Sequence record: MK234886
Reading direction: 5' to 3' (one strand)
Source of the DNA: Escherichia phage AnYang
DNA length: 64,000 nucleotides
In this document: piece after piece, positions 1-9,233 of the stretch
Numbering within the stretch: position 1 is the stretch's first letter
Layout of the letters: each line of letters begins with the position of its first letter
Position numbers and translations under genes: made by a program
Notes under the pieces: model-generated
The model's input: only the letters and a program-made list of their open reading frames with translations
What the model was told of the DNA's origin: nothing
Database searches by the model: none

Positions 1-52
1 CTCAGGTTTGTTTTTACATTATACTCCAAGGGAGGAGATTCCTCCCTATGCT

Positions 53-751
53 TTAGAACGAGTGGCTTGAGCCTGCTTCCATAGCCAATACATAAGAAGC
101 TTGTGAACCTTCAAACTTGGCTGCGAAACGAGCGTCCTGTCCTTCACCACGAGCCCATAGCAATACATGATAATCAGCCGGCATCATTTTCATATTAGTT
201 TTGTTAATAATGAATTTGAATTCGGGGCCATCATGGTCTGCAACCACTAAGGAATACAATGGACGTGCCAGGTCCTTATCATCAACTTGTTTGTAACCGT
301 TGATAACGATTTTACCATTGTCCGTGGTGATAGCAAATGTATCAATACTCAGTCCAGAGGACACACGCATCAACTGTTGGTAATCTTCGGCTTTAAGGTC
401 AAAAATAACTTCAGCCACTGGGAATGGAATAGCTTTGCTTGGGAATGCAATTGTGCTTGGGTCGGCAATAGGCCACTTAATAGTTGAACGTTGGTCTTTA
501 ATAATTAAAGTGGTTTGGTCTTCACTTACCGAAACTTCAGCACTATCGGATACCAATGACAGAATACTTAAGAAGCCGTTCAAATCATAAATTGCGGCTT
601 CGATATCAAAGGTATCAGATACGGTAGCTTCACCATAACTTGCACCCGTTACTGAACGAGTTAGAATAGTGTTACCAGGTTTAAGCATGATACCTGGGTT
701 AATACCGGAGAAGTTTTTCAGAATGTTCAGAGTTTCTTTAGAGAATTTCAT
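53..751 (-). CDS. 45: DNA polymerase sliding clamp gp45
   Basis: 232 aa; near full-length similarity to T4 gp45 as I recall it; synteny upstream of 46/47. Confidence 0.93.
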   Translation of the reverse strand: MKFSKETLNILKNFSGINPGIMLKPGNTILTRSVTGASYGEATVSDTFDIEAAIYDLNGFLSILSLVSDSAEVSVSEDQTTLIIKDQRSTIKWPIADPSTIAFPSKAIPFPVAEVIFDLKAEDYQQLMRVSSGLSIDTFAITTDNGKIVINGYKQVDDKDLARPLYSLVVADHDGPEFKFIINKTNMKMMPADYHVLLWARGEGQDARFAAKFEGSQASYVLAMEAGSSHSF

Positions 752-776
752 AATGTTTCCTTATCAAGTCAAATTA

Positions 777-1190
777 TTAAGCAATAACGATCATTTGTTT
801 ACGAATGGATTCAGGCAGAGATTCAATATACTCTGGAATCTGGGAAGCAACAATAGCACCAGCTTCAAGCAGTTGTTCGTCAAAATCTACGCAATAATCA
901 TCTTCGAGACGTTCAGAACCATCACGGTCGATAACCAGTTTAGCACCTGCGGCCAGTGAATCATTATAGTGGCGACGCATAATTTCTACCCACTTATCGG
1001 ATACGTCGTTATCAATGATACCGTAGAGCATGAACTTAGTTTCTTGTGGAAGAGACTGCAGACGACGTGCAGAGTCGGTATCAATATTCAGTACCCATGA
1101 TTTACGGATACGGTTTTGGTTATGTGGGTTGGAATCAGTACGGATAGTTTTAACTTGGATATCTTTAACAGTAATAGCGTTAGCAAACAT
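777..1190 (-). CDS. RpbA-like protein (RNA polymerase binding), start uncertain
   Basis: ORF between 45 and 45.2 as in T4; ORF-track start is TTG at 1232, internal ATG at 1190 or 1205. Confidence 0.45.
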   Translation of the reverse strand: MFANAITVKDIQVKTIRTDSNPHNQNRIRKSWVLNIDTDSARRLQSLPQETKFMLYGIIDNDVSDKWVEIMRRHYNDSLAAGAKLVIDRDGSERLEDDYCVDFDEQLLEAGAIVASQIPEYIESLPESIRKQMIVIA

Positions 1191-1252
1191 AATATTTTCT
1201 CTCATTTGGTTGGTAGATGTATTATAAATCAATATTTTAAAGCACTTAATGT

Positions 1253-1444
1253 TTAATCAAAGTATTCATAAACGAACCAGGCAGGGTTCCTGTTAGCCAT
1301 GATTTTAACATACTCTGACTTAAAAGCATTTTGGAGATAATCTTCAGTAACAAGGTGTTCGTCACCAGAGAAGTTGTTAACTAAAACATATCTCTTTATT
1401 TCCGGAACGGCCAACAAATGCTGGCCTGTTATAAAATCACTCAT
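1253..1444 (-). CDS. hypothetical protein (gp45.2 position)
   Basis: 63 aa ORF, ATGA overlap with gene 46 stop; T4 synteny. Confidence 0.5.
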   Translation of the reverse strand: MSDFITGQHLLAVPEIKRYVLVNNFSGDEHLVTEDYLQNAFKSEYVKIMANRNPAWFVYEYFD

Positions 1445-3123
1445 TCCATCACCGTGAATCGTCCAACTTTCTTCATCTGAAGATGTTGGCCATAAGCTTG
1501 TGGGTCATGGTCTCGGTGAGAGATAATGAACACGTTCGTATCCTCAAGGCTATTCAAGATGGTTGCAATGGTCTTAACGCCTTCAGCGTCAGTAGCACTG
1601 TCAAATACCTCATCAAGAATTAACGTGCTGATATTAACACCTGATACCTTAGAAGCAATATCACGCCATGTAAAAAGGAGTGCGATATCAATACGTGCTT
1701 TCTCACCCTGTGAAAATGAAGCATAACTAAAGTCTTCACGTCCACGTGATTTAATCGTCTCATTGAACTCTTCGTCTAGTGTAAAGACGTAGTCGGCTTC
1801 CATAATCTTCAAATAAGAATTTATCTGCTTATTAAAGATAGGAATGTATTTCTTAATAATGGAACCTTTAATACCGGTATCCTTCAACATTTCTGTCAGA
1901 ATTCCACGATGATATTTTTCCATTACCAAGGACGATTTGGTAGAGACGATTTTATCAAGCTCTGCTTGAAGCGTGGCAATCTCTTCGGCATTACTTACGA
2001 ACTCAGCAGCTGCTTGGTCAATTAATACTTTAACCTTTTTAGCTTTCTCTACAGCAGTAATGGCTTGTTGCTTATGAGTAGCTATCTGAGATTTAATGGC
2101 CAGCGCTTTATTACGTTGTTCGGTTACTTGGTCCTTAATGAGCTTGAGTTCTTGGTACTGCTCATTAATCTTATCCAAAGATTTTTGAAGCTCAAAGTTC
2201 TTATCCTTAATTTTAGTAAGGATGTTTCCATGCTCTTCCAGTCCTTGCATACATGTAGGACAACTACCACCGGTTTCGTATAATTTCACGACCTTAGTAA
2301 AGGTTGCCATATCATTCTTGATTGCAAATCCTTTATTGCTCAGGTCACTCATAGAGTCGCTAGGGTCATCATCGACTATGACATTGAGTAATTCATCAGT
2401 TAGTTTTTCTATATTGCCCTTCGCAGTCCTGGCTTCTTTAACGAGCTCGTCATACATTACTTGTAGACGTGCAGCGTTCTCACCAGATAATTTACGCTGG
2501 CGTTCTTCGTTGTCATTATAAATTTTAATCTGTTGGGTAATAGAATCCTGTTTAACGTCGATTACTTGGATTTGGCTATTAGTCTCACGAATCAAAGATT
2601 TGTTCAACTTGTCCATATCCGCTAATACAGAAACCTCTAACAGGTCTTCCACAAGCTTTCGGCGCGCAGGGGTCGACAAACCCATGAAAGGGGTATACCC
2701 TGCTGTACCAAGTACGACAATCTGTTTGAAACTGGCATATGACATTCCGATAAGCTGTTCAAATTCTGCTTGGAAGTCTTTACTGCTGGCAGATTCATCA
2801 AGACGTTCACCGCCACAAGAGATTTCAAAAATATTGGGTTTTTGCCCGCGTTTGATATAGTATTCTTTGCCATCATATTCCATCCACAGTTCGACCAAAA
2901 GGTCTTTCTTATTACTTGAGTTAATCAACTGCCCTTTCTTAACATCACGAAAAGGCTTACCGAACAGAGCAAATGTAACGGCTTCAAGGAACGTAGATTT
3001 CCCAGCGCCATTTTTACCCGTGACTAAGGTCTTTTGGACCTTATCAAGTTGGATTGTAATAGGTTGCTGGCCTACCGACATAATATTTTTATATGTTACT
3101 TTCTTTAACTTAAAAGTCTTCAT
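1441..3123 (-). CDS. 46: recombination endonuclease subunit gp46 (Rad50/SbcC-like ATPase)
   Basis: Walker A GKNGAGKST, Walker B LILDEVFD, coiled-coil middle; start set to MKTFKL as in T4 (560 aa). Confidence 0.93.
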   Translation of the reverse strand: MKTFKLKKVTYKNIMSVGQQPITIQLDKVQKTLVTGKNGAGKSTFLEAVTFALFGKPFRDVKKGQLINSSNKKDLLVELWMEYDGKEYYIKRGQKPNIFEISCGGERLDESASSKDFQAEFEQLIGMSYASFKQIVVLGTAGYTPFMGLSTPARRKLVEDLLEVSVLADMDKLNKSLIRETNSQIQVIDVKQDSITQQIKIYNDNEERQRKLSGENAARLQVMYDELVKEARTAKGNIEKLTDELLNVIVDDDPSDSMSDLSNKGFAIKNDMATFTKVVKLYETGGSCPTCMQGLEEHGNILTKIKDKNFELQKSLDKINEQYQELKLIKDQVTEQRNKALAIKSQIATHKQQAITAVEKAKKVKVLIDQAAAEFVSNAEEIATLQAELDKIVSTKSSLVMEKYHRGILTEMLKDTGIKGSIIKKYIPIFNKQINSYLKIMEADYVFTLDEEFNETIKSRGREDFSYASFSQGEKARIDIALLFTWRDIASKVSGVNISTLILDEVFDSATDAEGVKTIATILNSLEDTNVFIISHRDHDPQAYGQHLQMKKVGRFTVME

Positions 3124-3373
3124 CGTTATAAGCATCCTTGATGCATGATTCAGCCATATGAATTAATGTTTCTGGAGTATCATCTACCATTACATTAAAG
3201 CTAAATTCCACAGCCCAATCAGTAGCAACATAAACTTTAATAAGCTCGTTGGTATCACGAGTGCTCACGGCTTCAAACCAGAACTTAATGACACTCGTTT
3301 GGTTATCGTCATCAATAACGATACAGTCGTGTTCTAGTTCAAGGCCTGATTTTTTGAATTCATCTAAAGTCAT
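3110..3373 (-). CDS. hypothetical protein (gp46.1 position)
   Basis: 87 aa ORF wedged between 47 and 46 with ATGA overlap. Confidence 0.5.
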   Translation of the reverse strand: MTLDEFKKSGLELEHDCIVIDDDNQTSVIKFWFEAVSTRDTNELIKVYVATDWAVEFSFNVMVDDTPETLIHMAESCIKDAYNDEDF

Positions 3374-4392
3374 CGTGTAACCTCATTATAAAGTTGTGCA
3401 GCCATAGTCTTAAGGGCTTTAACATCGTCTTCAGTGTGGCCGTCAGGAAGGGCATCGATATAATCATACATCATATCCAAGAGGGACTTAACTTCATCTT
3501 CCTCTTCAGAATCATCGATATCAACACTGTTATCTACCTTAGACACAATACGTAAAGAATGGACAACCTTTTCAAGCTCTGATTCGAACTTAGTAAGGCC
3601 GTCATCAATTTTATCGACTATAACACGAACTGCGATATTTGTAAAATCTTTGTAATCGATAGTCGCGTTAGGATAATGAATCTTACGATGCCAACAGGTT
3701 TCATTGATGATGAAGTCCATCTTATGAGTTTCTGTATCGAAAATCCAGAAGCCGCGAGGGTCGTTCTCATCTCCAGCAGTCAGGGTCCATGGCGTACCAA
3801 TATATTTAACGTTTGCTGCATCAGAAATAGTGTGGAAGTGGCCTGACCAAACTTGCTTATACTTCTTAAGGAAATCAGGTTCTAAACCATGAGATTTCAT
3901 TCCTTTATAGAAATAAAAACCATTTAATTCCCAGTGGCCAATACAAAAGTCTGCTGTGGTATTTTTGATATGGTCCATGATATCAGTCGTGTTTTCTTCA
4001 CACATCCATGGAATCAAATCAATTTCGGTGCCATCAAAGTTAACAGTAGTAGGTTTCTCAATAACCTTGATATGGTCATATTTACCCAGAACTTCAGAAG
4101 CAGCGTTCGGAGTCAAGGTATTTTTGTAGTGCATATCATGGTTGCCAACAATGGTATACATGGTGATGCCGTTGGCTTTAAGCAAATCGGAGATTTCGCG
4201 AGCGAATTCCATGCACTTGTGGGTAATTGCTTTACGGACATCAAAGATATCGCCGTACTGAATCCATACAGTAATACCATTTGCTTTAGAATAATCAATA
4301 GCGTCTTGGATACCTTGACGTTGGATATTTTGTACCCATACATCATCGGCCTTAACTCCAAGGTGCCAATCACCTGTGTTTAATATTTTCAT
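3370..4392 (-). CDS. 47: recombination endonuclease subunit gp47 (Mre11/SbcD-like)
   Basis: 340 aa; phosphoesterase motifs GDWHLG, GDIFD, GNHD. Confidence 0.93.
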   Translation of the reverse strand: MKILNTGDWHLGVKADDVWVQNIQRQGIQDAIDYSKANGITVWIQYGDIFDVRKAITHKCMEFAREISDLLKANGITMYTIVGNHDMHYKNTLTPNAASEVLGKYDHIKVIEKPTTVNFDGTEIDLIPWMCEENTTDIMDHIKNTTADFCIGHWELNGFYFYKGMKSHGLEPDFLKKYKQVWSGHFHTISDAANVKYIGTPWTLTAGDENDPRGFWIFDTETHKMDFIINETCWHRKIHYPNATIDYKDFTNIAVRVIVDKIDDGLTKFESELEKVVHSLRIVSKVDNSVDIDDSEEEDEVKSLLDMMYDYIDALPDGHTEDDVKALKTMAAQLYNEVTR

Positions 4393-4437
4393 AATATCCT
4401 CGCTTAATTAAACCTATTTTATCATCCATTCAGAAAG

Positions 4438-4462
4438 CAAAAAAGGAGCCTAAGCTCCTTTA
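4438..4462 (-). terminator. hairpin plus U-tract on minus strand
   Basis: AAAGGAGC-TTAG-GCTCCTTT stem followed by T-run on minus strand. Confidence 0.35.
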
Positions 4463-4623
4463 CCAACTAATACACCATACAGAGGTTCACGATTAGACGT
4501 GAACTTGATTTTCTTATAGGTAATAGTACCTTCATTTTCTGCTTTAATACGAGCGGCTTCAAATTGAAGAATCATCTCGTTTTTGTCAGATTTAATCTTA
4601 TCAAAATCCGTCGAATTCGTCAT
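4450..4623 (-). CDS. hypothetical small protein (57 aa, below ORF-track cutoff)
   Basis: ATG with AAGAGG SD; stop lies inside the hairpin; hand-translated. Confidence 0.3.
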   Translation of the reverse strand: MTNSTDFDKIKSDKNEMILQFEAARIKAENEGTITYKKIKFTSNREPLYGVLVGKGA

Positions 4624-4681
4624 TCATACAACCTCTTAAACTTTTTCGTATTCGTCTTTCATTAGCCACCGGTCCATGTTA

Positions 4682-4882
4682 TCATCGTTGCCACCATTTC
4701 TTAAGTTGGTGTGAATCCACCCAAACCTTGGCTACAGGCTCAATCTGAAAAATACCATCAGAATATTGACCCATCATTTTGTATTCGGTTTCGGTCTGCT
4801 TAATACAAATATTACCATATGAGCGAAGTCTAAAGGCGGCTCCAATAAGAAGCCGTTTAAAAGGTTTATTTACTAGAGCCAT
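4682..4882 (-). CDS. hypothetical protein
   Basis: 66 aa ORF, ATG start, minus-strand gene tiling. Confidence 0.35.
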   Translation of the reverse strand: MALVNKPFKRLLIGAAFRLRSYGNICIKQTETEYKMMGQYSDGIFQIEPVAKVWVDSHQLKKWWQR

Positions 4883-5177
4883 TGACGATTTCCCAAATTT
4901 GTTTGCGGGTAGATTCCCACATCAATTGAACAAGTTCATCAGTAACAGGTTGACGGTAAATACCGCGTAATTTAATTAAAGCGTACTTATATGCTTCAAA
5001 GTTGTTTTCAAGTACAGCGCCTTGGGCATGGAGATTTAAACGACGGATTTCACGAGCATTCTTCTTAAGAATCTTAGCCGCTTGAGAATTAGCTTCTTTA
5101 ATATTGTGCTCTTCTAAACGTTGCTGGGCTTCTTCAATTTGCTCATCAGTCAATTGAGAAATGTCGTGGCTTTGCAT
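4866..5177 (-). CDS. hypothetical protein
   Basis: 103 aa, AAAGGAT SD, abuts upstream gene stop. Confidence 0.5.
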   Translation of the reverse strand: MQSHDISQLTDEQIEEAQQRLEEHNIKEANSQAAKILKKNAREIRRLNLHAQGAVLENNFEAYKYALIKLRGIYRQPVTDELVQLMWESTRKQIWEIVNGSSK

Positions 5178-5178
5178 A

Positions 5179-5409
5179 TTAATCCTTTGGAGTCAATTCA
5201 ATAGTGAAGTAGAAATTAGCGTTCTCGACATGATAACGATAATCTACGTTATTGTCAGGGGAAGTGAATTCAATATTCCTGACGTTAAGTGGGTCAATAT
5301 CAATAGGAAGGCCTTTAACATCCCGTAATATCAATTTAATAAAATATGGGAGTGCTTCGAAGTCTTCCATTCCATCTAAAAGTGGAGTGATATTAATCTG
5401 ATGTTCCAT
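5179..5409 (-). CDS. hypothetical protein (start uncertain)
   Basis: ORF 5179-5445 overlaps gp55 3' end; internal ATG at 5409 or 5370 more likely. Confidence 0.4.
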   Translation of the reverse strand: MEHQINITPLLDGMEDFEALPYFIKLILRDVKGLPIDIDPLNVRNIEFTSPDNNVDYRYHVENANFYFTIELTPKD

Positions 5410-5950
5410 ATAAAAAATCCAGTTCACCAACTTTAGGTTCGGCACTCTTATCAGACCCTGGTGCTTTAGTTAAAGAGGTTTCATACTGAGTCATTTTGTC
5501 ATAGATATCTTGGATAAAGGTTTCATCTGCAATACCTACCATGTCGTCATCATTACTGTCATAGACATTATGGACGAAGTAGCTATATTTCTTTGCCATT
5601 TCTTTACGTTCTTTCTTGATACGCTGAACGAAGGCATTAAAACAAGCCATAGTGATATATGCATGTGGGTTGTCGTATTTTGTTTCGTCGAAGTTGTGAA
5701 GACCTTTAATCGAAGCTTCGATTCCGTCAGCAATCATTTCTTGCTTCCAAGATTGGGTATATCCTGAGAAGTTGAAACGTTTACTTAGTCCTTCAGCAAT
5801 GAGCATAATAGCCAAGCCAATAACATCGTTCTGTCGAACTATTTTATTAGGATCGGTATTTTCTCTGAGCTCTGTTTTCCATTGGGTAATAGCTTTAAGA
5901 AGCTCCTTATTATTTACATAGTTATTTTTAGTCAGTTTAATTTCGGTCAT
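5393..5950 (-). CDS. 55: late-transcription sigma factor gp55
   Basis: 185 aa; strong similarity to T4 gp55 as recalled (NYVNNKELL...[48 protein letters not shown]). Confidence 0.93.
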   Translation of the reverse strand: MTEIKLTKNNYVNNKELLKAITQWKTELRENTDPNKIVRQNDVIGLAIMLIAEGLSKRFNFSGYTQSWKQEMIADGIEASIKGLHNFDETKYDNPHAYITMACFNAFVQRIKKERKEMAKKYSYFVHNVYDSNDDDMVGIADETFIQDIYDKMTQYETSLTKAPGSDKSAEPKVGELDFLYGTSD

Positions 5951-6016
5951 TGTTACCTCAGATAACTCAAATCATAGGTCTATTATATCATGGTATTTGA
6001 AGACCCTTTTAAAGCA

Positions 6017-6280
6017 TCAACGGAGTAAGCAATAAGCCTGAAATACTGTTTCAAGGATTTTTTTGAACTCTTCAAAGGAAGGAGCTCCTTCAAACCCTTG
6101 GCTTTGAATGTAAAGACAGAATTGTTGGTAAAGGGCCAAATATTCACGATGGTTGTATTTGGAAATATGAGACTTCCATACTTCAGAAGTCTCACCACAA
6201 ACAAACTCAACATCCATACAGTTATCTATTAAGAAAAATCCGAGACCTTCGTAGGCGAGGGTAGTGGATACAGGGGTCAT
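6017..6280 (-). CDS. hypothetical protein
   Basis: 87 aa ORF, ATGA-coupled to upstream gene. Confidence 0.5.
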   Translation of the reverse strand: MTPVSTTLAYEGLGFFLIDNCMDVEFVCGETSEVWKSHISKYNHREYLALYQQFCLYIQSQGFEGAPSFEEFKKILETVFQAYCLLR

Positions 6281-6543
6281 TGTAGGAACCGAGCTCCTTC
6301 TAGTGCGTCATCAAGATTATCAAACTCATCGACGTAATCAACACCGCCAACTTCATCCTTCGCATAAAGCCAGTACTGTTTAAATTCGTATTCGATGATA
6401 AAGTGGTCACCCTCAATCTGGAGAGTCCCATCACCATTAAATTGAACTGCATAACCTGTAAAGCGGACATCATTCAAGAGTTCTTCTTTCATAGCAATCA
6501 TTTCCAAGTTTTTATCGTAATTAGAGAGTTTTATTTTAATCAT
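6277..6543 (-). CDS. hypothetical protein
   Basis: 88 aa ORF in tiled minus-strand operon. Confidence 0.5.
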   Translation of the reverse strand: MIKIKLSNYDKNLEMIAMKEELLNDVRFTGYAVQFNGDGTLQIEGDHFIIEYEFKQYWLYAKDEVGGVDYVDEFDNLDDALEGARFLQ

Positions 6544-6784
6544 TCAAATAATCCTCAAATTCATTTAATGTCATGCCTTCATCCCAAGCTATTTTTGGGT
6601 CAGGCATTTTCATATAAGTGGTTTTAGAGCTTATAGGAAATATCCTGAAATCACGATGACTTCCACTTAGCATCTTAGCCGCTTTTATAATAGTTTCAAT
6701 ATTATTCATCATGGGTGTACGTTGGAACCCGGCTAAAGCTTTAAGGACTATTATAACCGATACACCCTCAGGCAAATTATTCAT
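6536..6784 (-). CDS. hypothetical protein
   Basis: 82 aa ORF in tiled minus-strand operon. Confidence 0.5.
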   Translation of the reverse strand: MNNLPEGVSVIIVLKALAGFQRTPMMNNIETIIKAAKMLSGSHRDFRIFPISSKTTYMKMPDPKIAWDEGMTLNEFEDYLND

Positions 6785-7110
6785 TTAGCTGCCTTAACAA
6801 TTTTCAGGTCGACGAATTTTTTCTTACGTTGGTTTTTCATACGACGGATAGTTTTATCCGTGATTTCACCAGGGCACCAAGCTTTGGATTCAACACCAAA
6901 GGCAGCGACATCGAATTCATCAAGGATATATTGAACCAGGATTTCACGAATACCGTTCTTACCAATTTTCTGGTCTTTAGAGTGCATGATAGGTAACAGC
7001 TCAGCAACCCATTGGTCGAGAATTTCAGGAGTCACAAAACCTGTTTTCATCAGTTCGTTTACTTTATCGAAAGCGAAAGAGTTCAGTACGTTTTTAATAG
7101 CTTGTGACAT
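6781..7110 (-). CDS. hypothetical protein
   Basis: start moved to internal ATG (MSQAIKN) with AAGGAAA SD, downstream of the early promoter at 7150-7179. Confidence 0.5.
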   Translation of the reverse strand: MSQAIKNVLNSFAFDKVNELMKTGFVTPEILDQWVAELLPIMHSKDQKIGKNGIREILVQYILDEFDVAAFGVESKAWCPGEITDKTIRRMKNQRKKKFVDLKIVKAAK

Positions 7111-7149
7111 AATAATTTCCTTAGTTTTAAAGTTATAATCCGTAGGACC

Positions 7150-7179
7150 ATTATACTCTGGTCCCAAGAGTTTGTAAAC
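7150..7179 (-). promoter_or_regulatory. T4-type early promoter (GTTTAC -35, TATAAT -10) with flanking inverted repeat
   Basis: minus strand GTTTAC-N18-TATAAT; GGGACCA/TGGTCC arms flank the -10. Confidence 0.5.
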
Positions 7180-7379
7180 TATTTTTGTGCTTTGGCGCCT
7201 TTCCAACCTTCGAACATCATTGCTGCGGAAATTAACAAAGCACCCGAGCAACTTGAATATTTGTGATTCCAAAACCAGTTTAGAAAAACTTCGTCATCAA
7301 TACCTTGAGCTATCATATTTTCAAAGAACTGACGACGAGCTTCAGCAATTCGCTGTGATAATTTAGATTCAGGATTCAT
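7179..7379 (-). CDS. hypothetical protein
   Basis: 66 aa ORF, ATG start. Confidence 0.4.
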   Translation of the reverse strand: MNPESKLSQRIAEARRQFFENMIAQGIDDEVFLNWFWNHKYSSCSGALLISAAMMFEGWKGAKAQK

Positions 7380-7511
7380 TTAAATTTTCCAGTTTCCGTG
7401 TTTATCAATGAATTTAATCCAGTCATTTACTGACCACGTGGTTGTATCGCCTTTTGGAGCCACATTTAAAGTATATAACCCTTGCTTAAAAAGCATTCGT
7501 TTGATATTCAT
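7380..7511 (-). CDS. hypothetical small protein (43 aa from internal ATG)
   Basis: GAGGAAA SD before ATG at 7511; the longer ORF would overlap the upstream gene. Confidence 0.3.
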   Translation of the reverse strand: MNIKRMLFKQGLYTLNVAPKGDTTTWSVNDWIKFIDKHGNWKI

Positions 7512-7518
7512 ATTTTCC

Positions 7519-7812
7519 TCAGCTGTAACGATAACATTCGTTTGATTTACGTTTTGCAACTTGATGAGAAGTATTGTAATCAGGTTCATCGTCGTTGTAA
7601 ACATCTTTTTTCAGCTTTCTCACTTCTTTACGAAGCTGGCGATTCATTTCGTTCTTAACTTCAGAATCAACACCGCGCATACGTTTCCACTTGTCAGAAC
7701 GGAAGATATTTTCTTCAACCAAATCCTGACTTACGCCGTCCGGTGCTTTACGACGTCCGGAATAATAAAAATCTTTTACAGACAATTCTTTACGACGGAT
7801 AGTTTTACCCAT
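7519..7812 (-). CDS. hypothetical basic protein
   Basis: 97 aa, Lys/Arg-rich, GAGGTAA SD. Confidence 0.5.
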   Translation of the reverse strand: MGKTIRRKELSVKDFYYSGRRKAPDGVSQDLVEENIFRSDKWKRMRGVDSEVKNEMNRQLRKEVRKLKKDVYNDDEPDYNTSHQVAKRKSNECYRYS

Positions 7813-7814
7813 AG

Positions 7815-8069
7815 TTACCTCAGCAGTTTGTATCCAATAAGATTTTTAATGTATTGGACATCTTTGACATCCAAATCCAACTTAATATCTTTCAGGCGTT
7901 CGGCCAGAGTAAGAAATGTTACGCGTTTCCAATTCTTAACAGGACAGCAATAAGTTTTCGGGCCATTAGCGATTTCAATATTCTTATCAGTGATGGTGAT
8001 AAAAATCAAACGTTCATCATCAAGATTAAGGGTGACTACATTTTTCATTGAATGTAATTTCAGGCTCAT
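7815..8069 (-). CDS. hypothetical protein
   Basis: 84 aa ORF, ATGA-coupled. Confidence 0.5.
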   Translation of the reverse strand: MSLKLHSMKNVVTLNLDDERLIFITITDKNIEIANGPKTYCCPVKNWKRVTFLTLAERLKDIKLDLDVKDVQYIKNLIGYKLLR

Positions 8070-8242
8070 AATTTGATTTCCTTAGCTATCGAACAAAATA
8101 CAGCACGGTCACAAATCATTTTAATATTAAGCTCAATTACGGTATACCACACATCCAGGCTAGATATTTCAGTTACTAGAACAGCTTTGCCGTTGATTGA
8201 ATAATACTGGTTGACTTTAATTTCTTTATCTTGGATAGTCAT
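8066..8242 (-). CDS. hypothetical small protein (58 aa, below ORF-track cutoff)
   Basis: GAGGAGAA SD, ATGA overlap with downstream gene, early promoter upstream; hand-translated. Confidence 0.45.
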   Translation of the reverse strand: MTIQDKEIKVNQYYSINGKAVLVTEISSLDVWYTVIELNIKMICDRAVFCSIAKEIKL

Positions 8243-8272
8243 AATGTTCTCCTCATGTGTTGATAGGATAGA

Positions 8273-8300
8273 CTATAACACGTGAGGAGAGGAAGTAAAC
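8273..8300 (-). promoter_or_regulatory. T4-type early promoter
   Basis: minus strand GTTTAC ... TTATAG upstream of the 58 aa ORF. Confidence 0.4.
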
Positions 8301-8301
8301 A

Positions 8302-8619
8302 CTAATCTTCAATTAAATCTTGGTCATAGCCAAGTTCAATCAAAAGTGATTTGAAGGCAGGAATATTTTCTATTTTCTTATTATCGACAAAGATGACAGG
8401 ATAGCGTATCGCTAAGCTCTTGAAGCCTGCACGTTTGGCCAATGATACTATAAGAGGCTTGTCATATACTGCGCCTGACGGCGTCTGGTTAATCACAGGA
8501 TAGAAAGTATGTGGGATAGAAAGGGAATTTAGGAGCGATAGAACTGCAATGCACCCTGGACAGCGCATGACTGTCTCAGGGATACCGTAAATCTCAATTT
8601 TAGTTAACTTTTGGTCCAC
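8302..8619 (-). CDS. glutaredoxin/thioredoxin-like redoxin (CPGC motif)
   Basis: 105 aa; IEIYG...CPGC active-site-like motif; GTG start with AAGGAG SD. Confidence 0.5.
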   Translation of the reverse strand: MDQKLTKIEIYGIPETVMRCPGCIAVLSLLNSLSIPHTFYPVINQTPSGAVYDKPLIVSLAKRAGFKSLAIRYPVIFVDNKKIENIPAFKSLLIELGYDQDLIED

Positions 8620-8896
8620 AGGAAATAACTCCTTGGTAGTCCCAGGTTTTTAGAACTTCGTCCTCAGTAGTTCCATACGGGACGTAAATCTGAATAAGAA
8701 AACCAGTGTCATCGAAAGAGAAATAAACAGTCGGTTTAATACCATGAATCTCTGACAGGGCATAGATGTCCTTGAGGTCTTCTTCCTTACCGACAAAGAA
8801 TTCCGGGTTCAGGTCACAGTCATGGAAGTACCAATCATCACCGAATTTGTCCCATGCGGTCCAATTGGTAGCTACATATTCTTCAAAACGTTTCAT
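8600..8896 (-). CDS. hypothetical protein
   Basis: 98 aa ORF. Confidence 0.5.
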   Translation of the reverse strand: MKRFEEYVATNWTAWDKFGDDWYFHDCDLNPEFFVGKEEDLKDIYALSEIHGIKPTVYFSFDDTGFLIQIYVPYGTTEDEVLKTWDYQGVISCGPKVN

Positions 8897-9108
8897 TCTT
8901 TCACCTTCATCATTTTGGAAATAACACCATGAACAGACTGGATTCGTTTTTCGAACTCAGACCCTTCAAGACCTTTTTCAGTACTCAGGGCACCAATAAT
9001 CACAAACAGCAATCCAAATGGGATGACCAGGATTAAAAGGCACACGATAAACAGGGCAAATGTAATATTGGCCAGGATATCGGAAACAGCATTACGAAAT
9101 TTGTTCAT
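8893..9108 (-). CDS. small membrane protein
   Basis: hydrophobic core; start at internal ATG coupled (TAATG) to the upstream micro-ORF. Confidence 0.45.
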   Translation of the reverse strand: MNKFRNAVSDILANITFALFIVCLLILVIPFGLLFVIIGALSTEKGLEGSEFEKRIQSVHGVISKMMKVKE

Positions 9109-9233
9109 TAAAGAACCCACATGTTAGTTACAACAAATAACCATTGAGCAGGATACTCAACACCCATAATACGCACCGCATCGTTCAGAGATTCGGCTAA
9201 AGCATAAAATGTGTAGCCATAAAAATTAATCAT
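9108..9233 (-). CDS. micro-ORF (41 aa) translationally coupled between gene 49 and the downstream gene
   Basis: ATGA overlap with gp49 stop and TAATG overlap with next start; hand-translated. Confidence 0.3.
   Translation of the reverse strand: MINFYGYTFYALAESLNDAVRIMGVEYPAQWLFVVTNMWVL

Noticed and set aside
287-959. Plus-strand ORFs (287-487, 669-959) overlapping gene 45 and the rpbA-like gene
   Set aside because: They lie antisense to strongly supported minus-strand genes, have no SD, and look like frame shadows; the same applies to most plus-strand ORFs in 1-44000 (for example 1526-1726, 2065-2521, 3934-4383, 13498-13767, 15870-16175, 35241-35708, 36932-37321).
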